This document shows, in pieces, positions 8,943 through 16,432 of a DNA stretch of 64,000 bases (the stretch's first letter is position 1; each line of letters begins with the position of its first letter). The position numbers and the translations under genes are program-made. The notes beneath the pieces are model-generated. The model was not told the DNA's origin and did no database searches. It saw only the letters and a program-made list of their open reading frames with translations. The stretch spans positions 65,186 to 129,185 of the forward strand of contig VXRJ01000032.1 of NCBI GenBank assembly GCA_009838525.1, read 5' to 3'. The DNA is from Acidobacteriota bacterium. Its GTDB lineage: Bacteria > Acidobacteriota > Vicinamibacteria > Vicinamibacterales > UBA8438.

Positions 8943-10175
8943 ATGAGCAAGATAATTCGCGGCGCGGCCATCGCGCTGGCTGTCTTGACGCTGGCCGGCT
9001 GCGGCGATCCGACGAATGCCTCGCGCGATGCGCTCAGCCACCCCGTAGCCCCGCCCGGACCTCCGAACCTCGTCTGGATAATCGCCGAAGCTGACACGGT
9101 AGCTCTCGAGACGTTGGCGGCCGAGGGCGCCCGCTTCACGCAGGCCTTTGCCGTGACCCCGAACCGCGGCGCCGGACGCTCGGCGATCCTCACCGGGATG
9201 CCCCCCGCGGCATTCGGCGCGCACGGGCCGGGAGGAAAGACCGCGCCACCGCCAACTGTCCGCAGCGTAGCGGAGAGGCTCCGGGCAACAGGCTACTTCA
9301 CGACGTTCGCCTCGCACGACCCGGAGACCGCCGCCTTGGGCGACGCGTTCCGGCCTTCACCTCGGGACGGTGCGCCTCCGGGAGCGGACCGCGTCCCGCT
9401 CGGCTCCTGGGATCAGGTGGGCGCCGAGGCGCACTGGCGTCACCGTGACCGCCGGCAACCCTTCTTCGCGGTGCTTGATCTGACCGGCACGGGCATGCGC
9501 ACGAGTGACAGCGATCAGCGGATTGCGCAGATCCTGGCGGAACTCGACGCGGACGAAGCGGCCGGCAATACCGCGGTCTTCGCCTTCACGGAACCCCGTC
9601 CGCCCGCCCGGACCGTGGACCGGACGCTGACGGCGGCCGACCTGCAGATCACGCTCGCCGTCCGCTGGCCGGGCCACATCCCGCCCGGAACTGTCCGCGA
9701 CGACCCGGTGACCACCGTCGACTTTGCGCCCACCCTGCTTTCCCTCGGCGGCGCGCCGATCCCGGACCATCTGCCGGGCCGCGTGCTCCTGGGCGACTCC
9801 GAGATGGACGTGGCGCACCCGTCCAGTGCGCTCGCCGACGTGCGCCGCACGATTCGCGACTGGATGGTGTCGGCGGACCGTGCGCCCTCCGACGAAACGG
9901 CGGCCGGCCAACGTCCGACCGCGGCGCGGCCCGAGTCGTATCCCCGCGGCGGCATCTTCCACGTCGCGCCGCGGGTCAGCATCACGTGCCCGACGGAAGG
10001 TGCGGTGATCGAGTACACGACGGACAGCTTCGAACCGTTTCGCTGGAGGCTGTACACCGGTCCGTTCCGGTTCGTCGACTGGCATCTCCGTTTCCGCTGC
10101 GGCCGTCTCGGCTATCACGACAGCGAGGTCGTCAAGTACGACTTCGACGTGGAATACAACTGGTGGGACTACTGA
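8943..10175 (+). CDS. Sulfatase-like lipoprotein (degenerate active-site motifs) with C-terminal chitobiase/Fn3-like module
   Basis: Lipobox LTLAGC. 'PNLVWIIAEAD...LAAEGARFTQAF...GRSAILTGM' parallels the sulfatase 'PNIv.IlaDD...LA.eG.rF.nay..C.P.RaslLTG', but the C/S-x-P-x-R position reads R-G-A-G-R. C-terminal 'GAVIEYTTDSFEP...LYTGPF' resembles CHB_HEX_C-type modules. Confidence 0.45.
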   Translation: MSKIIRGAAIALAVLTLAGCGDPTNASRDALSHPVAPPGPPNLVWIIAEADTVALETLAAEGARFTQAFAVTPNRGAGRSAILTGMPPAAFGAHGPGGKTAPPPTVRSVAERLRATGYFTTFASHDPETAALGDAFRPSPRDGAPPGADRVPLGSWDQVGAEAHWRHRDRRQPFFAVLDLTGTGMRTSDSDQRIAQILAELDADEAAGNTAVFAFTEPRPPARTVDRTLTAADLQITLAVRWPGHIPPGTVRDDPVTTVDFAPTLLSLGGAPIPDHLPGRVLLGDSEMDVAHPSSALADVRRTIRDWMVSADRAPSDETAAGQRPTAARPESYPRGGIFHVAPRVSITCPTEGAVIEYTTDSFEPFRWRLYTGPFRFVDWHLRFRCGRLGYHDSEVVKYDFDVEYNWWDY

Positions 10176-10196
10176 CCGCGGGGCCGGCCGCGACCC

Positions 10197-10202
10197 TATA
10201 AT
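10197..10202 (+). promoter_or_regulatory. Candidate -10 box (TATAAT)
   Basis: A perfect TATAAT 53 nt upstream of the preferred start at 10255. There is a weak -35-like CTGACC 19 nt upstream. Confidence 0.25.
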
Positions 10203-10254
10203 GAAGGCCGCCGCCGGGCGGCGCTCCGACCGCCCACGTCATGGAGGACAAGTG

Positions 10255-12312
10255 ATGACCCGCAGCATCCCGGCCTTCGTCGCCATTGTCGTCGCTACGC
10301 TTCTTGTCGCCGCGCCGGCCTCGGCCGAGGTGAAGCGCGTCGTCGTCGATTCGCGCGTCGATGTAGCCGACGGCCGCGCGTACGGACTGGCCGGCCCGTA
10401 CGAGGCGATCTCCGGCATGGTCTACTTCGAGGTCGATCCGTCGAACCCGGCCAATCGGATCGTGACCGACATAGACCACGCCCCCCGGAACGACCGCGGC
10501 CTGGTGGAATTCAGCTCCAACTTCTACCTGTTGAAGCCGAAGACGATCGGGCGGGGCAACGGCGCCGTCCTCTACGAGGTATCCAACCGCGGCGGCAAGG
10601 GGATGCTCGGCTACTTCAACAACGCTGCGGGCAGCCGCACGCCGGTCAGCGCCGAGGAGATGGGCGACGGGTTCCTGCTCGAGAACGGCTTCACGCTGCT
10701 GTGGCTCGGCTGGCAGTTCGACGTGCCGGTACGTGACGGGCAGATGCGGCTTCACACGGTGAACGCGGTGGACGAAGGCGGCGCACCCGTCACGGGACTG
10801 GTCCGAAGCGAGGTAATCGTCCGGGAGCGGGCGTTCGACCGCTCGCTCGCCGACCGCAGCCACATCGCGTATCCGGTGTCCGACCCGAACGATCCGGCGA
10901 ACGTCATGACCGTCCGGGACGGCGTCGGCCAGACGCGGCGCGTGGTCCCGCGCGATCAGTGGCGTTTCGCCCGCGTCGATGACGGCGGCAACGTGGTCGA
11001 CGATCCGACGTACGTCTGGCTCGACGGCGGCTTCGAACCGCACAAGATCTACGACATCGTCTACGTCGCCAGGGATCCGGCCCTGGTCGGCCTGGGTCCC
11101 GCCGCGCTGCGCGACATGATCGCGCGTTTGAAGTACGCCGCCACGCCCGAGTTGGGCGTCGCGGTCGACTCGATCGACCGCGCCATCGCCTGGGGCGTCT
11201 CCCAGAGCGGGCGCTTCCTGCGGACGTTCCTCTACCACGGGTTCAACGCCGACGAGACAAACCGGCGGGCGTTCGACGGGGTGATCGCGCACGTCGCCGG
11301 CGCGGGCCGCGGCAGCTTCAACCACCGCTTCGCACAACCGTCGCGCGACGGCCATCCGTTCCTCAACAAGCTCTACCCGAGCGACATCTTCCCGTTCACG
11401 GACATCACGCAGCACGACCCAGAGACCGACATGCGCGACGGCCTGCTGTCCGGCATCCAACCGGGCCACATGCCGAAGGTGTTCTATACGAACTCGTCCT
11501 ACGAATACTGGGGACGCGCCGCGTCGTTGATTCACACGACGCTCGACGGCGCGGACGACGCCCCGCTGCTCGACAACGTTCGTATCTACTCGTTCGCGGG
11601 CGGGCAGCACGGCCCGGGCCGGTTCCCTCCGCAACGGACCAGCGGCCAACAGCCGAGCAACCCGAACGACTATTCATGGTTCCTTCGCCCGCTGCTGCTG
11701 GCGATGGAGCGGTGGACGGCCAAAGACGACGCCCTGCCGCCACCGAGTGTCTATCCGCGGGTCGCCGACGGCGACCTCGTCCTCCCCGGACAGCTCGGCT
11801 TCCCGGAACTGCCGGACGTAGGCCAGCCGGCCGAGCCGCATCTCGCCTACCGCGCCGTCTACGGCCCGGAGTTTCGGAACCGCGGCATCGCGTCGGTGCA
11901 ACCGCCGGAGGTGCTCTCGGCGTTTCCGGTTCTGGTGCCCGCCGTCAACGACGACGGGAACGAGACGGGCGGCCTGATGATGCCGGAAGTCGCGGTGCCG
12001 CTCGCCACGTACACCGGCTGGAACCTCTTTCACGCCGATGCGGGCCCGCCCGACGTCCTGTCGAGCATGCAGGGCTCGTACATTCCGTTCCCGCGGAACC
12101 AGGCCGAGCGCGAGCGGACCAGCGACCCGCGCCCGTCCGTTGAGGAACGCTACGGCAGCCGCGCGGAGTACCTGGGGCGTGTCACCGAGGCGGCGCTCGC
12201 CCTGGTGGAGGACGGCTACCTGCTGGCCAGCGACCTGCAACCGATTCTGACGCAGGCCGCACGCCACTGGGATTACCTGATGGCGGACGGCGGCGGGGGA
12301 ATCCAGCCGTAG
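10255..12312 (+). CDS. Secreted hypothetical protein (possibly alpha/beta-hydrolase-domain family)
   Basis: Start at MTRSIPAFVAIVVATLLVAAPASAEV (GGAGGA upstream). 'GLAGPYEAISG.VYFEVDPSNPAN..ITDID.AP.N..G.VEFSS.FYLLKP' resembles, from memory, a conserved bacterial family annotated as an alpha/beta hydrolase domain. This is not verified. Confidence 0.45.
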   Translation: MTRSIPAFVAIVVATLLVAAPASAEVKRVVVDSRVDVADGRAYGLAGPYEAISGMVYFEVDPSNPANRIVTDIDHAPRNDRGLVEFSSNFYLLKPKTIGRGNGAVLYEVSNRGGKGMLGYFNNAAGSRTPVSAEEMGDGFLLENGFTLLWLGWQFDVPVRDGQMRLHTVNAVDEGGAPVTGLVRSEVIVRERAFDRSLADRSHIAYPVSDPNDPANVMTVRDGVGQTRRVVPRDQWRFARVDDGGNVVDDPTYVWLDGGFEPHKIYDIVYVARDPALVGLGPAALRDMIARLKYAATPELGVAVDSIDRAIAWGVSQSGRFLRTFLYHGFNADETNRRAFDGVIAHVAGAGRGSFNHRFAQPSRDGHPFLNKLYPSDIFPFTDITQHDPETDMRDGLLSGIQPGHMPKVFYTNSSYEYWGRAASLIHTTLDGADDAPLLDNVRIYSFAGGQHGPGRFPPQRTSGQQPSNPNDYSWFLRPLLLAMERWTAKDDALPPPSVYPRVADGDLVLPGQLGFPELPDVGQPAEPHLAYRAVYGPEFRNRGIASVQPPEVLSAFPVLVPAVNDDGNETGGLMMPEVAVPLATYTGWNLFHADAGPPDVLSSMQGSYIPFPRNQAERERTSDPRPSVEERYGSRAEYLGRVTEAALALVEDGYLLASDLQPILTQAARHWDYLMADGGGGIQP

Positions 12313-12322
12313 AGGCCCAACC

Positions 12323-13504
12323 GTGGCGCCACGACGCGCTCCACGGGGCTGCCAGGCCGCGCTGTTCCTGGCGCTGGCACTGGCGCCGGGCCTGCAGGCT
12401 TGCGCGGCGGATCACGGACCCGCCGGCGGCGGCGACCCGGAGGCCAACACCGTCGCCGGCGCGGCCCAGGGGGCCGACCCCGCCCCGTTGACCCTCGACA
12501 TGTACCGTACCGGGGGCACTCCCTGCTACGATCGGGCGACCCGGCCGCAGACGGCGGTGGTCGACACCCACATCCACTTCCGCCCCTTCGGCGGCCCCGC
12601 CGTGCCGTTTGACGAGATCGTCGGCTACCTGGAGGCGACCGGCGTGCTGTTCGCCAACGTCTACGGCATCGGGCAGGTCTTGCCCGACGGTTCGTCATGC
12701 ACGTACTACCTCGACTGCCCCGGCACCCCCGTGACCCCGTCACTCCGCAACGACCTGGCGAACGCGGCGGACTATGCCGCGCACGCGCCGCACGATCGCC
12801 ACTTGACGCTCTCGATGACATTCCCCGATTTGGCTGATCCGGCGTCAATCCTTCCGCAGATGGAACAGCTCGAGGCGGAGTTCCCGGGTGTCTTCCGCTG
12901 GATGGGCGAGGTGAACCTGGTGAAGCAGGCGCTCTTCGCAAACGGACACGCGCCGGTGACGGTCGAGACGATCGACGCGTGGGGGCCCTTCATGGAAGTC
13001 CTGCGAGACCGGAACATACCGCTTGGGCTGCACGCCGACCTGGGTAGCGACGACGACCCGACGCGCTACCTGCCGCTGATGGAACACGCGCTGGAGCGTT
13101 ATCCTGACAATCCGATCGTCTGGATGCACATGGGACTCTCGCGGGAGCTTATGACGATGGACCCCGCGCGCCATGTCGAGCTGCTGTCGGCGATGCTCGC
13201 GCGCTACCCGCGCCTGATGCTGGATCTGTCGTGGCGCGTCCTCGACGATGGCTATTTCTCCGACCCGCAGCACCGCGACACGTATGTCCCTTTCCTGAAC
13301 GCCCACGCCGATCGCATACTGTCGGGGACCGACTTTCTCGCGTCGCGCGACAAGGACTTCAACGTCTACCGGACGGAGCTGGAAGTGACGAGCCGCATCT
13401 TCCGCCACGTCGACAACCACGCATTCCGGCAGATCGCGCTCGGCGGCAACTACATCAGGCTGCTCGGCCTGCCCTACGAGCCGCCACCGGTCTGTCCCAA
13501 CTGA
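12323..13504 (+). CDS. Amidohydrolase-family (TIM-barrel metal-dependent hydrolase) lipoprotein
   Basis: 393 aa with lipobox LQAC and an 'VVDTHIHF' HxH metal motif. Length is typical of Amidohydro_2. Confidence 0.6.
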   Translation: MAPRRAPRGCQAALFLALALAPGLQACAADHGPAGGGDPEANTVAGAAQGADPAPLTLDMYRTGGTPCYDRATRPQTAVVDTHIHFRPFGGPAVPFDEIVGYLEATGVLFANVYGIGQVLPDGSSCTYYLDCPGTPVTPSLRNDLANAADYAAHAPHDRHLTLSMTFPDLADPASILPQMEQLEAEFPGVFRWMGEVNLVKQALFANGHAPVTVETIDAWGPFMEVLRDRNIPLGLHADLGSDDDPTRYLPLMEHALERYPDNPIVWMHMGLSRELMTMDPARHVELLSAMLARYPRLMLDLSWRVLDDGYFSDPQHRDTYVPFLNAHADRILSGTDFLASRDKDFNVYRTELEVTSRIFRHVDNHAFRQIALGGNYIRLLGLPYEPPPVCPN

Positions 13505-13508
13505 GACC

Positions 13509-14807
13509 ATGACAGCACTCCTTGACCGCTGGTTCGGACTCGCCTCCAACGGCACCACGGTGCGGACGGAACTGGCGGCCGGGGTCACCACCTTCCTGAC
13601 GATGGCCTACATCGCCTTCGTCAACCCGCAGATTCTCTCCGACGCCGGCATGCCGTTCGACGCGGTCTTCGTCGCCACCTGTCTCTCGGCGGCGTTCGCC
13701 ACTCTCCTCATGGGGCTCGCCGCCAACTACCCGATTGCGCTCGCGCCCGGCATGGGGCTGAACGCGTTCTTCACCTACGGCGTGGTGCTCGGAATGGGCC
13801 ACGCCTGGGAAGTAGCACTCGGCGCGGTCTTCGTTTCGGGGCTCCTCTTCTTCCTGGTGAGCATTCTGCCGATCCGGCGCTGGATCATGGAAGCGATCCC
13901 CCGTGGAATGAAGCTGGCCATTTCGGCGGGCATCGGCCTCTTCCTGGCCCTCATCGCCCTGCAGAACGCCGGGATAATCCAGGCGAGCCCGGCGACGATG
14001 ATAACGACCGGCGCACTCTTCGAACCGGAGCCGATTCTGGCATTCCTCGGCTTCAGCACGATTGTGGCGCTGGCGGGCCGCGACGTGCCCGGCGCCGTCA
14101 TGATCGGCATCCTGGGCGTGAGCGCCGCCGGCATCCTGGCAGGCATCTCGGGGTTCGCCGGAATCGCCGCGGCGCCACCCGACCCAAGCCCGACATTCCT
14201 CGCTCTCGATCTCGCCGGCGCGCTCCAACTGAGCATGGTCGCGGTCATCATCACGTTCCTGATCGTCGACCTGTTCGACACCACCGGGACTCTGATCGGA
14301 GTGGGGCAACAAGCGGGTCTCCTCGATTCCCGGGGAATGTTGCCCCGCAGCCGGACCGCGCTGTTGGCGGATTCGGCCGGCACGGTCGGAGGGTCGCTGC
14401 TCGGCACGTCTCCGGTCACCAGCTACATCGAGAGTGCGGCCGGAACCGCGGCCGGTGGACGGACCGGACTGACCGCGGTGACCGTTGCTCTGCTGTTTCT
14501 GGCCTGCCTCTTCTTCGCGCCTCTGGCGCAGTCCATCCCCCCGTATGCCACCGCGCCCGCCATCCTGTACGTAGCCTGCCTGATGGCGCGCAGTCTGACG
14601 GGCATCAACTGGCACGACATCACCGAATCGGCGCCGGCCGTAGTTACCGCGATCGCCGTTCCTCTCACTTTTTCCATCGCGGACGGCATCGGCATCGGCT
14701 TCGTCACCTACGTCGCGGTCAAGGTGCTGTCGGGACGCTGGAGCGAATGCCCGTTGCCGCTGGCGGTCGTCGCGCTGGTCTTCGCCATGAAGTTCGCCTG
14801 GCTCTGA
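13509..14807 (+). CDS. NCS2-family purine permease (adenine/guanine/hypoxanthine, AzgA/PbuG-like)
   Basis: 432 aa. 'VRTELAAGVTTFLTMAYIAFVNPQILS', 'PIALAPGMGLNAFFTY' and 'SYIESAAG' are hallmark AzgA-like motifs. The protein is polytopic. Confidence 0.9.
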   Translation: MTALLDRWFGLASNGTTVRTELAAGVTTFLTMAYIAFVNPQILSDAGMPFDAVFVATCLSAAFATLLMGLAANYPIALAPGMGLNAFFTYGVVLGMGHAWEVALGAVFVSGLLFFLVSILPIRRWIMEAIPRGMKLAISAGIGLFLALIALQNAGIIQASPATMITTGALFEPEPILAFLGFSTIVALAGRDVPGAVMIGILGVSAAGILAGISGFAGIAAAPPDPSPTFLALDLAGALQLSMVAVIITFLIVDLFDTTGTLIGVGQQAGLLDSRGMLPRSRTALLADSAGTVGGSLLGTSPVTSYIESAAGTAAGGRTGLTAVTVALLFLACLFFAPLAQSIPPYATAPAILYVACLMARSLTGINWHDITESAPAVVTAIAVPLTFSIADGIGIGFVTYVAVKVLSGRWSECPLPLAVVALVFAMKFAWL

Positions 14808-14854
14808 GCCGAGGCTGCCCGGACGTCGGCGCGCCTCTGGCGCGTCTCGCAGGC

Positions 14855-14883
14855 TTGACCGTGCAAAAAAGTCATGCTAGGAT
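14855..14883 (+). promoter_or_regulatory. Sigma-70-like promoter for the RiPP precursor
   Basis: TTGACC (14855-14860), a 17-nt spacer, then TAGGAT (14878-14883). An AAGGAGG Shine-Dalgarno at 14927-14933 lies 6 nt before ATG 14940. Confidence 0.4.
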
Positions 14884-14939
14884 GCCGAAACTGCATGATG
14901 TGGCCCGGGTCGCCACGTCGGAAAGCAAGGAGGACTGCC

Positions 14940-15191
14940 ATGAGAAGTGGTGATCAGATGCTGGAGCAAATCGTTGAGAAGTCGGCCCTGGACCCCGACT
15001 TCAGGCAACAGCTCCTCGCAGATCCAAAGGCTGCCATCAGCGCGGAATTGGGCATCACAATTCCCGAGTCGATGAACATCCAGGTCCATGAGAGTGATAT
15101 GCAGACGGTGCATCTCGCGTTGCCACCGGATCCGCACATCACCGAGGAGCAACTCGAAGCTATCTCCGCCGGCCTTTGCTGCTGCTGGTAG
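14940..15191 (+). CDS. NHLP (nitrile-hydratase-like leader peptide) family RiPP precursor; predicted core LCCCW
   Basis: 83 aa from the SD-preceded ATG (the track ORF starts earlier, at 14874). The leader 'ALDPDFRQQLLADPKAAISAELGITIPESMNIQVHESDMQTVHLALPPDP..ITEEQLEAISAG' matches the TIGR03793 pattern, including the 'VLPP' box and a terminal Gly-type cleavage site. Five residues LCCCW follow. Confidence 0.85.
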   Translation: MRSGDQMLEQIVEKSALDPDFRQQLLADPKAAISAELGITIPESMNIQVHESDMQTVHLALPPDPHITEEQLEAISAGLCCCW

Positions 15192-15220
15192 GCAGAATCG
15201 CTGGCCGGACGAACCGCGGA

Positions 15221-15259
15221 GGCCTGCCGGCCGCTGGACGCGAAACCGGTCGGCAGGCC
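15221..15259. terminator. Hairpin between convergent precursor and operon ends (possible bidirectional terminator)
   Basis: GGCCTGCCGGCC (15221-15232) pairs with GGTCGGCAGGCC (15248-15259). This gives 12 bp including one G-U pair, with a 15-nt loop. There is no U-tract on either strand. Confidence 0.35.
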
Positions 15260-15304
15260 ATTGTGCGTCTGCGACACTCGCGCCCGCAGCACCTCGCGGG
15301 CGCG

Positions 15305-16423
15305 TCAGGTAGGGACTGCCGCGGACAGAACCATGAACACATAGGCTTTGGCTTTCCGAAGCTGATCTCCGGAGATCACGAGCTTTATGTGGTGAATGCC
15401 ACGCAGCAGTACAAAACGTCCGGACTTCCCGAAGAGGGCTGTCGGTTTCGAAACCCAGCCTGCCAGCGCCTTGAGCTTCTCCGGAACTACCAGATCCTCA
15501 TGGCTCAGGGCTTCCAGGAACGGATCCCAATCGGTCAGGCCGTCTAGCCAGTAACGTGAGTCCTTGGTATATCTCTGCTTCACGATGAGCGTCAGGCCTA
15601 GCGTCGGGCCGAGACCGCTTTCCTGAACGTCAATATTCACTCCGGTCCTGACAACGTTCGCGCGGTCCTTGAAGCGTGAAATCACCGAGTCGACGGTCGG
15701 AATCCGGCCCGGCCAGCCCGTGTCTTCCAGATAGGAACACAGTTCCTCCTGGGCCTGGAAACCCATGATCGCGAGGCGGATCGAGCGGGTGCGAGACGGA
15801 AACACGCCGAACGAGTCCATGCGGGTATCTTCCGGCTGCGCCAGGTAGGCTCGCTCGACGTTCTGCCGCTCCGCGTCATTCCTCTCCCAGCCTGCGCAGG
15901 AAACGAGCGCGTCCATCACCGTGACGACATCATCCACTTGATCGCGGGCACCGAGAATCGGGCGTTCGCCGGGCCGCAGGAACATCGCCGGTAGGAAACG
16001 TCCACCGTCACGCGCCGAGCCGACGTCGTACTCCAGCATCAACTTGCGGCCGACGATGTCGCGCAAGGGCGAGTTGTCGGCATCCAGTTGGCTGAACAGC
16101 CGCGCAATCGAGCTCGCGGTACCATCCGTCCCGTCGGCCCGCGCGCGCTCCTCGAAGAACGCCGCCGCTCGGGTCCCGCTCGCCAGCGAGACGCCGAAAT
16201 CCGCCTCGGGTCTGCGATCCTGCAGCGGCAGTTCAAAGCCGAATGGAAGGGCGCCCATCGTGATCGGATGTTCCCCGGCGCATTCGAGCAGGCGCCCCCA
16301 TTCGGGGTCTCCGATCAGAATCGGCGAAATCCTGTCTCGAAAGTGCCCGAGCAGGTCACCCATGGTGCCCCCCTCTTCGGCGAGGCGGTCCTGCGTCAGT
16401 GTGACTGCCTGGTCAATATCCAT
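15305..16423 (-). CDS. Uncharacterised protein, last gene of the RiPP operon (putative tailoring enzyme; ABBA-prenyltransferase-like pattern is speculative)
   Basis: 372-aa ORF 10 nt downstream of the cyclodehydratase gene. I recognise no cofactor motif. It has five paired beta-strand-like segments separated by helical stretches (see findings). Confidence 0.5.
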   Translation of the reverse strand: MDIDQAVTLTQDRLAEEGGTMGDLLGHFRDRISPILIGDPEWGRLLECAGEHPITMGALPFGFELPLQDRRPEADFGVSLASGTRAAAFFEERARADGTDGTASSIARLFSQLDADNSPLRDIVGRKLMLEYDVGSARDGGRFLPAMFLRPGERPILGARDQVDDVVTVMDALVSCAGWERNDAERQNVERAYLAQPEDTRMDSFGVFPSRTRSIRLAIMGFQAQEELCSYLEDTGWPGRIPTVDSVISRFKDRANVVRTGVNIDVQESGLGPTLGLTLIVKQRYTKDSRYWLDGLTDWDPFLEALSHEDLVVPEKLKALAGWVSKPTALFGKSGRFVLLRGIHHIKLVISGDQLRKAKAYVFMVLSAAVPT

Positions 16424-16432
16424 AACGCCGAC

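Noticed and set aside
14874-14939. N-terminal 22-codon extension of the precursor ORF (MLGCRNCMMWPGSPRRKARRTA)
   Set aside because: It would overlap the predicted -10 box. It lacks an SD, whereas ATG 14940 has AAGGAGG 6 nt upstream. The NHLP homology starts after residue 23.
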